This document shows, piece after piece, positions 14,982-26,774 of a DNA stretch of 64,000 bases. The notes below the pieces were generated by a model that had not been told where the DNA came from, did no database searches, and worked only from the letters and a program-made list of their open reading frames with translations. The DNA is from Octopus sinensis. Its lineage: Eukaryota. A program made the translations under genes and the position numbers. The stretch's first letter is position 1. Each line of letters starts with the position of its first letter. The DNA is taken from contig NC_042999.1 of assembly GCF_006345805.1 (NCBI RefSeq), positions 105,834,001 through 105,898,000 of the forward strand, read 5' to 3'.

Positions 14982-15088
14982 ATTTCTTACTGAAGAATCT
15001 GAGGGCCTATGGAAGATTGGCCTGATTTAATTTAATCAGGTTAGTTTACCATTAAACAGCAGATGAAACGGTGCATCGTATAAGAAAT
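14982..15088 (+). ncRNA. Type I hammerhead ribozyme motif (H1), plus strand
   Basis: Helix I ATTTCTTA (14982-89) / TAAGAAAT (15081-88). Core CTGAAGA 14990-96. Helix II ATCTG (14997-15001) / CAGAT (15060-64). GAAAC 15065-69. Helix III ACG/CGT. GTA 15078-80. Confidence 0.88.
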
Positions 15089-15211
15089 TACAGGGTAAAT
15101 GTTTTTTAAATTTTCTCCTGTTTACGGAATTGATCTTTATTTGCGGTTGAAGCTTTGGCTGTTATTTCTAGTGGGTGGATGGCCTATTATGGCCGTTCCT
15201 TGATTGTTGAT

Positions 15212-15242
<31 letters not shown>

Positions 15243-15243
15243 C

Positions 15244-15276
<33 letters not shown>

Positions 15277-15293
15277 TATATATATATTATATT

Positions 15294-15327
<34 letters not shown>

Positions 15328-15560
15328 ATATATAATTAATCAATATAGGGTGGCAAAAAAAATTTTGTACAATTTTTTTGCCACCAGCGGCCTAGTGGGA
15401 AAAAATTAAATAGTCATAGACCATTTTTAAGTTCAACATCAACAATAAAGGAACGGCCATAATAGGCCATTCACCCACTAGAAATAACAGCCAAAGCTTC
15501 AACCGCAAATAAATATCAATTCCGTAAACAGGAGAAAATTTAAAAAACATTTACCCTGTA

Positions 15561-15664
15561 ATTTCTTATACGATGCACCGTTTCATCTGCTGTTTAATGG
15601 TAAACTAACCTGATTAAATTAAATCAGGCCAATCTTCCATAGGCCCTCAGATTCTTCAGTAAGA
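15561..15664 (-). ncRNA. Type I hammerhead ribozyme motif (H1), minus strand, copy 2
   Basis: Same sequence as 14869-14972, offset +692. Confidence 0.85.
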
Positions 15665-15673
15665 CTTGTGGCT

Positions 15674-15780
15674 ATTTCTTACTGAAGAATCTGAGGGCCT
15701 ATGGAAGATTGGCCTGATTTAATTTAATCAGGTTAGTTTACCATTAAACAGCAGATGAAACGGTGCATCGTATAAGAAAT
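15674..15780 (+). ncRNA. Type I hammerhead ribozyme motif (H1), plus strand, copy 2
   Basis: Same sequence as 14982-15088, offset +692; GTA at 15770-72. Confidence 0.88.
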
Positions 15781-15899
15781 TACAGGGTAAATGTTTTTTA
15801 AATTTTCTCCTGTTTACGGAATTGATCTTTATTTGCGGTTGAAGCTTTGGCTGTTATTTCTAGTGGGTGGATGGCCTATTATGGCCGTTCCTTGATTGT

Positions 15900-15942
<43 letters not shown>

Positions 15943-16278
15943 ATATGTGTATATATATATGTATATATATATGTATATATATATACTGGTAGATAGATAG
16001 ATAAATAGACAGACAGGGAGATAGATAGTTAGATAGAAACATATATAGATAGATAAAAGGACAGACAGACAGACATATAGATAGATAGATAACGTTTCAG
16101 AATTTTTGTTACTCTTAAGACTTTTCTCTACACAGTAACATCGTTAATCTAAGCATTTTCAGCCTATTGTTTCGGATGAGGGCAAATTTCTTTTTTTAAA
16201 CAATTACACGGTTTATATTTTCAGCAATGACCTTGTTAATATATGTTATCTTAATTATCAAAATTCAAATAATGCCTT

Positions 16279-16419
16279 TATATTAGCTTGAGTTCGGTGA
16301 AAGGAAAGAGTTTAAAGTTTCGCGCATAGATATTCGTCGGAAAGTGAAAAGGGAAAAATCGAAAAGGGGAGAGCATATTGCCAACTGACAACGCGTAGTT
16401 ATCCTTTTGAAGCGTGATA

Positions 16420-16482
<63 letters not shown>

Positions 16483-16616
16483 CTTCAAAAGGATAACTAC
16501 GCGTTGTCAGTTGGCAATATGCTCTTCCCTTTTCGATTTTTCCCTTTTCACTTTCCGACGAATATCTATGCGCGAAACTTTAAACTCTTTCCTTTCACCG
16601 AACTCAAGCTAATATA
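16279..16616. repeat. Palindrome centred on (TA)n; arms ~140 bp with a decayed H3-like motif
   Basis: Arms are reverse complements with 1 mismatch (GGGGAGAGC vs GGGAAGAGC). CCGACGA-A-TATCTATGCGC-GAAAC at 16555-16578. Confidence 0.9.
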
Positions 16617-16660
16617 TTTCGTGTGCACCTCTTCACATTTATTTGGGGTGAGGTAAATTG

Positions 16661-16810
16661 AAATTTACAGGAAAACAAAAACCGAAGACAGGTGAGGGGC
16701 ATGAATACAAGCAAGTATATTATTTTGACGTTTGGGAAAGTGAGACAGTTTCTTACGTTTCGAGCCTACGCTCTTCAACAGAAAGGAATATGAGGAAATA
16801 AACATAGAAA
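16661..16810 (-). repeat. Family H3 copy with minimal HHR-like motif at 16749-16786
   Basis: Minus strand TTT-CTGTTGA-A-GAGC-GTAG-GCTC-GAAAC-GTA-AGA. Confidence 0.75.
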
Positions 16811-17101
16811 GAATAAAAATAATTTGTGGATTTAGCATTCAATCATATATATATATATATATATATGTGCGTGTGTGTGTGTGTGTGTATGTGTGTGTGT
16901 GTGTGTAGATCAAAACACCTTCATTAAAATCAGTTGCTAGTCGTAAGCCACTTTGAATTTGAATGACAATTGATTGTTATTACCGTAATCTAGGCTGTCA
17001 TGCGTCTAGGGAGGTAGTGATTTGATGTCGGTATATGGGTAATAGTTAGAAGAGGAAATTGACAACGTGAAGTACAGAAAGTAGACTACGTGTATACACA
17101 C

Positions 17102-17141
<40 letters not shown>

Positions 17142-18178
17142 CGTCAAATGAAATAAACGAACAATAAAATTAACATTAACATATAAGAAGACGTTCGTAA
17201 GGAATGTATTATTTGACGACCATTAGAAAGAGAGGGATTTTGATATTACGTGCAAAGCGCTTCGTCAAGAAAGAGAAAAGTAAAGTCGAAAGAAGGAAAA
17301 GAAATCGCCAAGAGCACATGTATAGTTTCAACTCATATATATGTGTATCTGTGTGTGTTCGTGTGTGTTCAATGTTAATGACATTTTTCAAGATTCAAAA
17401 AGTATTTCCTAGAATATAATTTTATAAACAATTTATAATTTTCTCCGTGACGTTTTTGTGAATATCCATTTAGGTACTCGGACAAATGCCCCAATTACAA
17501 ATCGGTTGCATATATTTCAAAACTATGACATAATTTCATCTGAAATGATATATTTGCATAGTTTCTCAGTGCTTTATCCTTAGTCTGAACACTTTTCTGT
17601 GCTCACAGTGAAATATTGCTTTTTATATTTTGCAGGGAAAATAGCACGCATATCGCATGACTAGATTATATATATATTCAAGTTTCGTAATGCTTTTACA
17701 TCACTATTTTCCTAATCAGTGGGAGTCACTGTGACATTTTGTAAGACAATTGAAATTTGATTGTTTCATGTATGTAGCACAGCTTTGCGCATTATCATCT
17801 CCCTATGTATTTTGTCGGACGTATGATATATTGCATATGTATTCTCTCAGAAATCACAACAGGTAGACTACAATATCTTGCTCAAAAACGCTTTTCTGAT
17901 TTCTTGCAATATATCAAATTATTACTTGCTGACATTTCGCATATTATGAGGCAGTTTTGGCCCATTGAAATTCAATTTGTTGACTGAGGTGTCATTTAAT
18001 ATCGTGTTAGTCATATATAGATCAGTGTGATCACGCCTGGAGATAACGAAAATGAATATTCTGTTCATAATCATTTCCAATTTCATAACGTTTAGAGGTT
18101 AACTATTTCTGTCTGTTCTAGTTGTTGTAAAGCTGGTATAGTATATTTTGTAGCACTTACAGCATTATAATCATCAAT

Positions 18179-18350
18179 GGTGGCGAACTGGCAGAATCAG
18201 CACACAGAGCAAAATGCCTAATGGTTTTTCGTCCGTCCTTAAGTTCTGAGTTCAAATTTCACCCAGATTGGCTTCGTCTTTCATCGTTTCGGTGTCGATT
18301 CAATACGTACTACTTACGCACTGGGTCGATGTAATAGACTTACCCCCTCG
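18179..18350 (+). mobile_element. tRNA-derived SINE S1
   Basis: GGTGGCGAACTGGCAGAATC...TTCTGAGTTCAAATTT...CTTTCATCGTTTCGGTGTCGAT...CACTGGGTCGATGTAATAGACTT. Confidence 0.8.
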
Positions 18351-19499
18351 ATCTAGCATTATAATCATCAAGAGAATGTATAACGCCATCTCTGGAACTG
18401 GAAAGGCAGTAACCAGCATTAACAGTTACTTTCATATAATGTTACTTAATATTTAATATCCATCCTAACTTACCTATCTACAGATATACACTCATTGAGT
18501 GTCAGCCAGATGGCGCTGTAAATATGTAGAGTACACAAATAATATTTCAAACCAGATTATTAATTTTTTACTGATTTTTCATTCTCGATTGCACAATTTT
18601 CTGTATATTTCCTTCACTGATTTCCGAATTATCCGCTTAACAGAACAAACTGTCTCATGCCTGTTTAACTGCATTAGATTACCAACAGAGTTACCATCTT
18701 AAAATCTTTCTAACATAAAGTTTGCAGATCACATACAAAGAAAAAAATAAACGGTTGATATATCTACCTCTAAAACTCACTTGACATGTACTATGTTACA
18801 GTTTGGTACATAAACGTTCAAAATTTGGTGCGTGTATGTACGAAGAAAGAAGAACCTCTTCGATGACAGTCAAGAGAAAAAAAGTCGCATTTTATTCACC
18901 AAGTCTTGCAAATAAAACCAAAAAACAGCAAAGTTAATATGAGGAATAATGTTTTATACGACGTATATTTTACTACAAACCCCTACTCAAAATTGAACAT
19001 TTCAGAGAAATTTATTTGAATAAAGAATAGTTCTGATCTATGGAGCAACTCGAGGCCTTAGTATCTCAGCGAAATACTTAATTCAAAAGGATATATATCA
19101 AATACAGAAGGTTTATAGTGGAAAGAAGTTGTAATAAATGCACAAAGAATGGAAAATAAAATTAACAAAAATACAAGAACACACAATATACCACTAAAAC
19201 GGCAACAGCATTTACACACAAAAGGAAATCGAAATAAGAGAAGAGTAGTAATAGAGTAGGCGAGGCATGCGTTGTAGCAACATCCACAATTTGTTGATGA
19301 TACCTACTACTCTTGGCGGATGACGTTTCTGCACCACTCAAGCAACAACCATCAAACCACGTGTCTGTTTGGGTAGTCATCAATGGTGAGTGTTTTACGC
19401 AATCGGTGCGCAAATCCTACCTCAACCGTTATAGTTGTTTTTTACGACGTGCAAAGGAAATTCTTGGTCTATTTTTTAGATGCTGTCCCCACACATGAT

Positions 19500-19612
19500 T
19501 ATAGCAAAGCGAAATGAAGTGTCTGATCAGGAACACAACATATCGCTCAGCCCGGGAATTGAACCCACGGTTTAACGATTGTGAGAGTAACGGTCTAACA
19601 GCTAGGACACTT
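19500..19612 (-). mobile_element. tRNA-derived SINE 5' part with CORE-like segment (family S2)
   Basis: Reverse complement: GTGTCCTAGCTGTTAG...GTGGGTTCAATTCCCGGG...GTGTTCCTGATCAGACACTTCATTTC; homologous to 35430-35722. Confidence 0.65.
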
Positions 19613-19845
19613 ATAGCAAGAGGTCCAAATGTTGAAAATTTTATATATGATATGAAGAAACTAATTGATAAAGGAGTTTAAGAATTAATACCTAAAAAAT
19701 GTAAAGAAAGATGAAAGGAAAAATTAAATGTGAACATTTTGGATAATCACTTAATGCACACATCGGTAATAATTAAACTCCCAGACTGTTAAAATTATAT
19801 TATTCAGAACGGAATACAATCGAATCAATATGTCTATGCAAAATA

Positions 19846-19852
<7 letters not shown>

Positions 19853-19937
<85 letters not shown>

Positions 19938-19990
19938 CGGACAGACAGACAGAGGGAGTGATAGATAGATAGAGTGATCGATAGATAGAT
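19853..19990. repeat. (TA)n(GA)n(GATA)n compound microsatellite
   Basis: Direct reading. Confidence 0.9.
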
Positions 19991-20469
19991 AAAAAGTGAA
20001 TATGGAATACTAGAGAATGATAGAGGGGATGTGCATTATCGGCCATATATCTTTAAATATCTTCCATACTGAAAATGTATTTTGGCTTTGTTGTTGTTTT
20101 TCACTATTACAAACCCAATTTCTTTGAGATGACTAAATGGGAGACACGATAAATAAAATGAAGCAAATTGCAACTGAGGTGTCTACGTAGGAATTAAACA
20201 GGGTAAATGAGAAAGGAGATTGAAATGTTTGCGTTTTACTTGGTCATAACATGAATGAAAACTATTTGAATGGGTTTGTAAAAACGAATATTGTGAAAGA
20301 ATCCAAAACTTATATAAGGGAAATCATCTCAGAAACAAAATTCTATATGCATATTACGCACATTTACAATCTAGTTATGACATAGCGCATTGAATTAGGG
20401 GATGGGATAGTGACAGAATTGAGCGGTATAGACTGCATTACACGAAGTTTGCTACGGCAACCGCTATAT

Positions 20470-21950
20470 AGCACCGTATTTGCACCTCCCGGGGTAACTG
20501 TGCACCCATGTAAAATGTTTTTTTTAAATTGTCATAACACATATTAGCGATGCTGCTCTTTTCTTTATAAGTGCTGATCTGTTGACGATTGTTCCGCTGA
20601 TGTTTGATGTGAAAACACAATACCTGTGAGAGACATGGAGAGACTATTGGGCAGATTTGAAACAGGAAGAACATTGTTGTCTGATATAATGAACATCGCG
20701 AAAGTGGAAACACTAAAGGTAAGCTACCTACGATAAAATTGATCTAGAACCTTGATCTCTTGTATATGTGTGACACATATCCAAATATAGATTGAAACTA
20801 ATTTATATGTCTCTAGATGGAAGTATTAGTCAGCAATATCATATTAAAATAAGGTGGGTCTATTACAGTAGCTGCAGCCACTTGACGTTGCAGTCTATGC
20901 ACCAATAAAAGCAGCATGGAGGAAGGGTTTTGCTGAGTGCAAGGTTGGTGATGGAAAATTCCACACGTTTCTGCCAAAGACTCATTTCCCAAAGCTGCTA
21001 TTCACCCTCCTGGTCAAAATGTATCACAAAAAGGAATATGCGTTGAATGATTTTCGAACAGGCAGCAGGTTCTTAATAAGATTTCGAAGATAGAATCATC
21101 ATCACATATGGTAACCCAGATTGTTTTTGAACATCCGACGCAACTTCGAAAAGCTACAGATAGAAAACATGCGGTGACCCGGCGAGGAAATATATGATGC
21201 ACGTTTCACTACGAAAAATCATTTTCATGGATGACGTTACTGCAGATTCATATTGACCGCCAATTCCAGAGACAGCGAGACCCAAAAAGGAAGCTACCTA
21301 TTGACCTAGACCACAGTTCTTCTGAAGGACCAGATGACCTTGCTTTTATTCCAAGCTCGGAGGATGAGGCGGAACCTGACGCCACTATCCCAGAGGAGTC
21401 CCAGGAAAATGCAGAACATTCCACGGGTACTAGTGACACATCTATTGGGAAGCTAGAAAAGGGATCCTATGCGATTGTAAGATTTTTGGGGAAGAAGGCA
21501 ACATGCCATCATGTTGGTAAACTTTTACATGAGAATGCAGATGACTCATAGATGATTCAGTACTATAGGTGATGCTTTGAGAGGTCTGGTTCTTATCTTT
21601 CCTTTAAAGAGTCACTAAGTTACGTACCTTTTACGTACAGACAAAAAAGTAATTGCTACAATCCTTTCGAAACATTTTTTTGTGCAAGACAGGTTCGGTG
21701 TCAACAAGGATGCCTTAGGTGAAACAGTAATGCGTTAAAAACATTTTTATAAAGCTTCATATAATTGTCTTTATTATTATTAATTTTCAGTTATATACTT
21801 ACCACTGTATCAATTACCACGCCAATTGGTAAATAAATGTTTTTAGGAGATTTGCTTATGCTAAGTATCATTTGCACACGTAGTATTTTATATTTCATTG
21901 TATTTAAGGTGCAAATTAAGGGATGTGCACGATTACCCCAAACCATGGTA
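20470..21950 (+). mobile_element. Decayed pogo/Fot1-like (DDE_1-type) DNA transposon
   Basis: Translation from ~20873: LQPLDVAVYAPIKAAWRK...LPKTHFPKLL (QPLD motif). Acidic linker and GSYAIVRFLGKK..HHVG C-terminal piece in ORF 21231-21551. Partial inverted motif GGGGTAACTGTGCAC (~20491) / GTGCACGATTACCCC (~21925). Ends approximate. Confidence 0.7.
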
Positions 21951-24900
21951 TAAACGTGAACCCATACTTTTCTGATCATACCTATTTTTTAAATTTGTTT
22001 AGAAATGTGGCTATATGTGGAAAAAAACTTGTACTAATAAAGAGGCTGAAAAACATATCTCAATTTTTCATTAGCCCTCAGGATCGTTGTTTTATTACGT
22101 ACAATAGCAAAAAAGAGGTGCGCATTTACCCACCTCACGGTATATAATAATTCGGATACCGATTGTTTATATATCTTTACAAAAATGTTTGCAGGGATAC
22201 ACTGAGCGTCAAGTAATAATATAAAATCTAAGTAACCGTTGTGGACCACTAATGTTTTAAATCAGAAAGGGTCCTTCAACGGCACTTCTTTTGTCAAGTA
22301 TAGTAAGAAAATTATTACACGAAACTAAATAAAGCTTCGGAAAGTTAAATATTAAACTACAATCAATAGCTACAAGTGCACATGTTAATCATGCAGAAGT
22401 TTCTGCGTTATTAATACAAAACAATTCGGACGAACGATTTCGGCCTTAAACTCTCATGGGAATCAAACGAACTGGCACGGCATAACTAGGCTGTCACCAT
22501 CAGATAAATAGAAAGGAATATCTACAAATTCTACGGATAGCTGGCAATTGCAGCCCATGTTATTTATTTGTTCAAGAATGCTCCTTTTGTATCTAACTAC
22601 CCACTAAAATTATTGATTTACATTTATTCATATACATTATATCACGATTTGTGAAGAATATTTTTCTTGGCCACAGATTTGCAATCAGTAAACTTCAAAT
22701 TCAATGCGTGACAGGAATGTGACCGCAACATATGGAAAAAATATCTTATTCACACATTCATAAAATAGACTGTGTGAAGATACAGGATATTGTGGAACTA
22801 TCCATATTTCTCCGATATACTTCCGTGAAAGTTATGCACATATATATTATATACATACAAGATTATGTGCAGGTTCCGTCTTTCAAACATTTATCCCGAA
22901 ACTATGATAAAATTCTTTATTAAGATTCCGTGAATCTAAATCAATTGCTTTATATCTAACTTATAACATCTAGTCGTGTACGACATTTGTATCGTAATAA
23001 TATAACACATGATCTACATACGCCTTGCATTGCGTTCAGTTATTTAAAGCTGAGAGTTATGTGGTATTCATATTGGATCTTCCTCTCATTGAAACTCACG
23101 GTGTGTGTGCGTGTGTGTTTATACGTGTGTGCTTCGGAACAATCATAGAGAGACATACCACCAGACAATGCACAAATGATAGCATTCTCCAAGGCAAGAA
23201 TAATAATAGCATATTAATTATTGGCATGGAAATATCAAATGGTTAGAATCAATCAATAGAATGAAGCTGAAGATCTAAGAATTGTACCGACCTATCTTTT
23301 GAATGCAGAGTATTATGGCAGTAAGGCAATATTCTCTCCATATCATTTTCATTGGTACAATTTGAATGATACACAAGCATAGTTGTAAAATATCTTGACA
23401 GACTAAATGTGGGTGCAGACGTAGATACACGAAGTAAATAACTATACTAACGTATATAACTAATGTGATAATATTTACTCCTAGCATCGTTCAACTCGAA
23501 CATTTTTTCGCTCGAGTGACAGTGCCAATTCGGAGCATATATAGTTTCTGTTGATGATGTATATTCCAGATATTTCTGATATTATCAATGTATTGAAGGA
23601 TAGGCCGCATTTATAGCTTCAAGTTATATACACACCACATCTCTTCCTTTTTATAATTTACAATGTGGTAAATGGTAAAGACGAAAACAATTATAACGAA
23701 ATTGAAACAAACGTGGATAATTTGAAGTTTTCATAGTGTCATTTATCCGTCCATCTTCTTTGCCCACTTTTCCTGGGTGACTCATGGGGGTAGAATAACC
23801 AGTCAATGTGTACATAGAATCCTGTCAGAAGCAGCCACCATTACCCTTTTTAGTTGGATTCCAAGCCTCAACAATAAAGATTATGAATATTATCTTGAAG
23901 AATCCAAAATGAGGAGAATGGATTAGGTACAGGAATTGGGGTTACCTTCACAATAAAGCGCTGGTCCCGGCATTCTATTCTCGGGTGAGCAGAGTGTGAT
24001 AAAAGAGCCAAATTTGTGCCTATTCTCACCTGTGCATAGAATGCTGAGCATTGACCGAAAGAGTACGATCGTAAATGGCCGAAATGAATTTCCTCATACA
24101 ATGTTCGTAACTCGGAGGTCGTGTGGCAGATCACTGCATTTAGGGGTCATGATATCGTACTTATAAATATCGTTATTTATATTCCTCGCCATTATTGAAT
24201 TTAAATAAATTCAATGGCTTTATATATTCAGCATTGTTACGGAAGATGATCCTGTTGGCATTCCAACTGATTTTAAGTCTATTATTTTGCCTTCACTATT
24301 ATATAGTGAATAATATATTATATAAATACCTAGTCTGGGAGACGATAAAAGCGTTTGTGTGGAACCACAGGTATATTGTAACTCCTATCTTAAACCGGAT
24401 CTGACATGCTACGTCTTATAATATTTCAATTCTGATATTTGCATGTCCATTAATTACATATTGTTAAAGGTGAAATAATATTAAGAATTAACTCCAGTTA
24501 GCTAAGTGCCTCCTTTCCTTTTCTCAAGACAGAGATTAAATTTTTTGTCCATTCACACGCAATCTCCATGTAACAAATGGTGCATGGAAATGTTCTATAT
24601 TTACTTCACTTGTAAAGGTATTAACTGATTAAAAATTGGCACGTTGCATTGCAGTACTTCATTATTCATGAATGTGCTTAAAATTCCAGAAAAATGGTTC
24701 TACAGAGAAACATTCTCACTTGCAAACATTATCAGTATCTCTTATATTCCCCCAACTGTAAAATAATCTTGTGTTCACCCAACTCTAAAATAAACACCGC
24801 GACGAGTCGGAGTAATACTTGAGGCACAACGATAATTTTACTACTTTGAAGTGTGCCATTGAATTACTGATTAATGTAGAAGTATGCAAACTATTTACCC

Positions 24901-26732
24901 TACCTGAATCTACTTACTTCGCACTCATTAAACCATGGCCTACAAAACGAATATATTACGTGAATTCGCTATGTACAACATTTCAACTGACTTTGTCTAT
25001 ATTTTGTGAATTGATAACCTGTGAAACCAAAGTCTTTTTACAGATTGTTTCATGGCAACCAGGAGGAAGGTGAGACAAACCCAATACAAGCTTTCAGAGC
25101 CTCCCTGACTGGGATGGTGAAAGATATCCACTAGATTTACATCTGGCATGAAATACTTGTAATATATTGAAATTGTCTAACGTCAGATGAAACAGAAGGG
25201 TAGTATCAATTGGGGTTGAATTCATCTGATTTCCCTATTGTTATATTGTTTCTCTAAATATTGGGCACACTATTTTATGATGAGATTTAGCCACCATACT
25301 GCGTAATGTGTAGCTAAACCGATCAATAAACAAATACGTTTAATCAATATATTTTCGTGCGATTTTTGGACAATGCTCCCTAGAACCCAATATGTTATTT
25401 AGCTTATATACTGGATGTATATTTGAATTTTCTTAGATGCTCGTCAGGAAAATTAGAAATTGCGGTAAAAGTTTTCAGAATATATTTCTTTGCTGCAAGT
25501 TGAACTGAAAAATATTTGTAACATTATATTTCATGAATCTGTATGCGAATAAACCCATATTTCATATACTTTCTAATCTAATTATATAAATAACGAAGAA
25601 AAACGAGTAGGAATTATAAGAAAAGAATAAGCAATATTATGGACATCTGGCCCCAGTTTCTTCTGAAACCTATACAACGATAATTTTCCATTGCTGTCTA
25701 TAAAATAACACGGAGATACGTAATATTCTTATAATGGGTAAGTGCATTGGAAACTAGAAAATTTAGAGATTATATATAGCATCATCCTGGTGAAAAGTTA
25801 ATAAAGTACCTACAGTACATGTAAAATCAAACTTTGGGCATCGTATTTTAGATGGTAACCCCCACAAATCCGAAGAGTACATTATAAATCATAAAGAAAT
25901 GTCGAGATTACAGGCTCTTTAGCTCTTAGTTCAATAAGTTTTCTAAATACTTAAGGCATTCATAGCCTCCTTCCTAGATGGGATTCCGATCATTTACAGA
26001 CGGTATTTAACCAAAATTCTGCAGGTACTCACTTTCAGCTGAGTGGAGAAATGTTGCGGTTTGCGCATAGATACAACTTATTGTTTCTCTCTAAGAACCG
26101 AATAGACTGCTGAACGAATATGAGCGAAAAGAACCAACCTCTCGCTTACGTTCTTTCATATTCTAAAGCGTACAAGCCATACTATATAAGTATGAATGTA
26201 TATTTACATGAGTCAATGAGGGGGTCTGAATGTTCAGCTTGATTCTAGAAACCACACCCAGAACGCTTCCGAAGCCACTGTAATTCTTTGAAACAGGAGA
26301 CACATTCTATAAATTAGTTCTATATACTCAATATCTGTGAAATTTGTGGTCATGTTGGGAAAGATTTTGAACATAAGTCTGATAAGTCAAAAATCAAACT
26401 ATAATTAAAGAGTACAGCCAAAGATTAATTTTCATTTATATTTCTTATATCAGTAATAGAAATTCAAATTCTAGATAAGGTATTCGCTTCATTAAAGCAG
26501 TAACTTGCCCAGTGACTCAATCAGACTAAATCTCTTATTACAGAAATCGATGCCATTTCATTTTACGTTTAAAACATAAAACCCTGAAACTAAGTAAAAC
26601 TAGGTGTATTACAAGTATCATCTTTAGTATTTAAACAATGCTGGTGTCTAAATGTGTGTAATAACAATATTTCTAAAGACAAAATTATAGATATTCACAT
26701 CACGGGTACACACACCCATACATACATACATA

Positions 26733-26774
<42 letters not shown>

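Larger units (their letters stand above)
14641..15211. mobile_element. Fold-back element family H1, copy 1 (Penelope-like pLTR or retrozyme-like, non-autonomous)
   Basis: 227-bp arms 14746-14972 / 14985-15211 (3 mismatches), 12-nt loop. A 105-bp unpaired tail 14641-14745 carries a small hairpin (14657-14693). (TA)n on both sides; one HHR in each arm. Confidence 0.8.
15333..15903. mobile_element. Fold-back element family H1, copy 2 (direct duplicate, period 692 bp)
   Basis: Identical to 14641-15211 by eye, including the three arm-to-arm mismatches. Confidence 0.8.
14292..16280. repeat. 280-bp inverted repeat pair (14292-14571 / 16001-16280) bracketing the duplicated HHR fold-backs
   Basis: 16001-16280 is the reverse complement of 14292-14571 with no mismatch seen by eye. 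Confidence 0.95.

Noticed and set aside
14641-16616. CRISPR-like or prokaryotic interpretation of the repeats
   Set aside because: No short repeat-spacer periodicity or cas genes; the context is eukaryotic and TE-rich.
23868-24134. Minus-strand ORF with a CAG/GTGAGA donor-like site near 24028
   Set aside because: Weak acceptor, unrecognised peptide and no supporting neighbouring exons.
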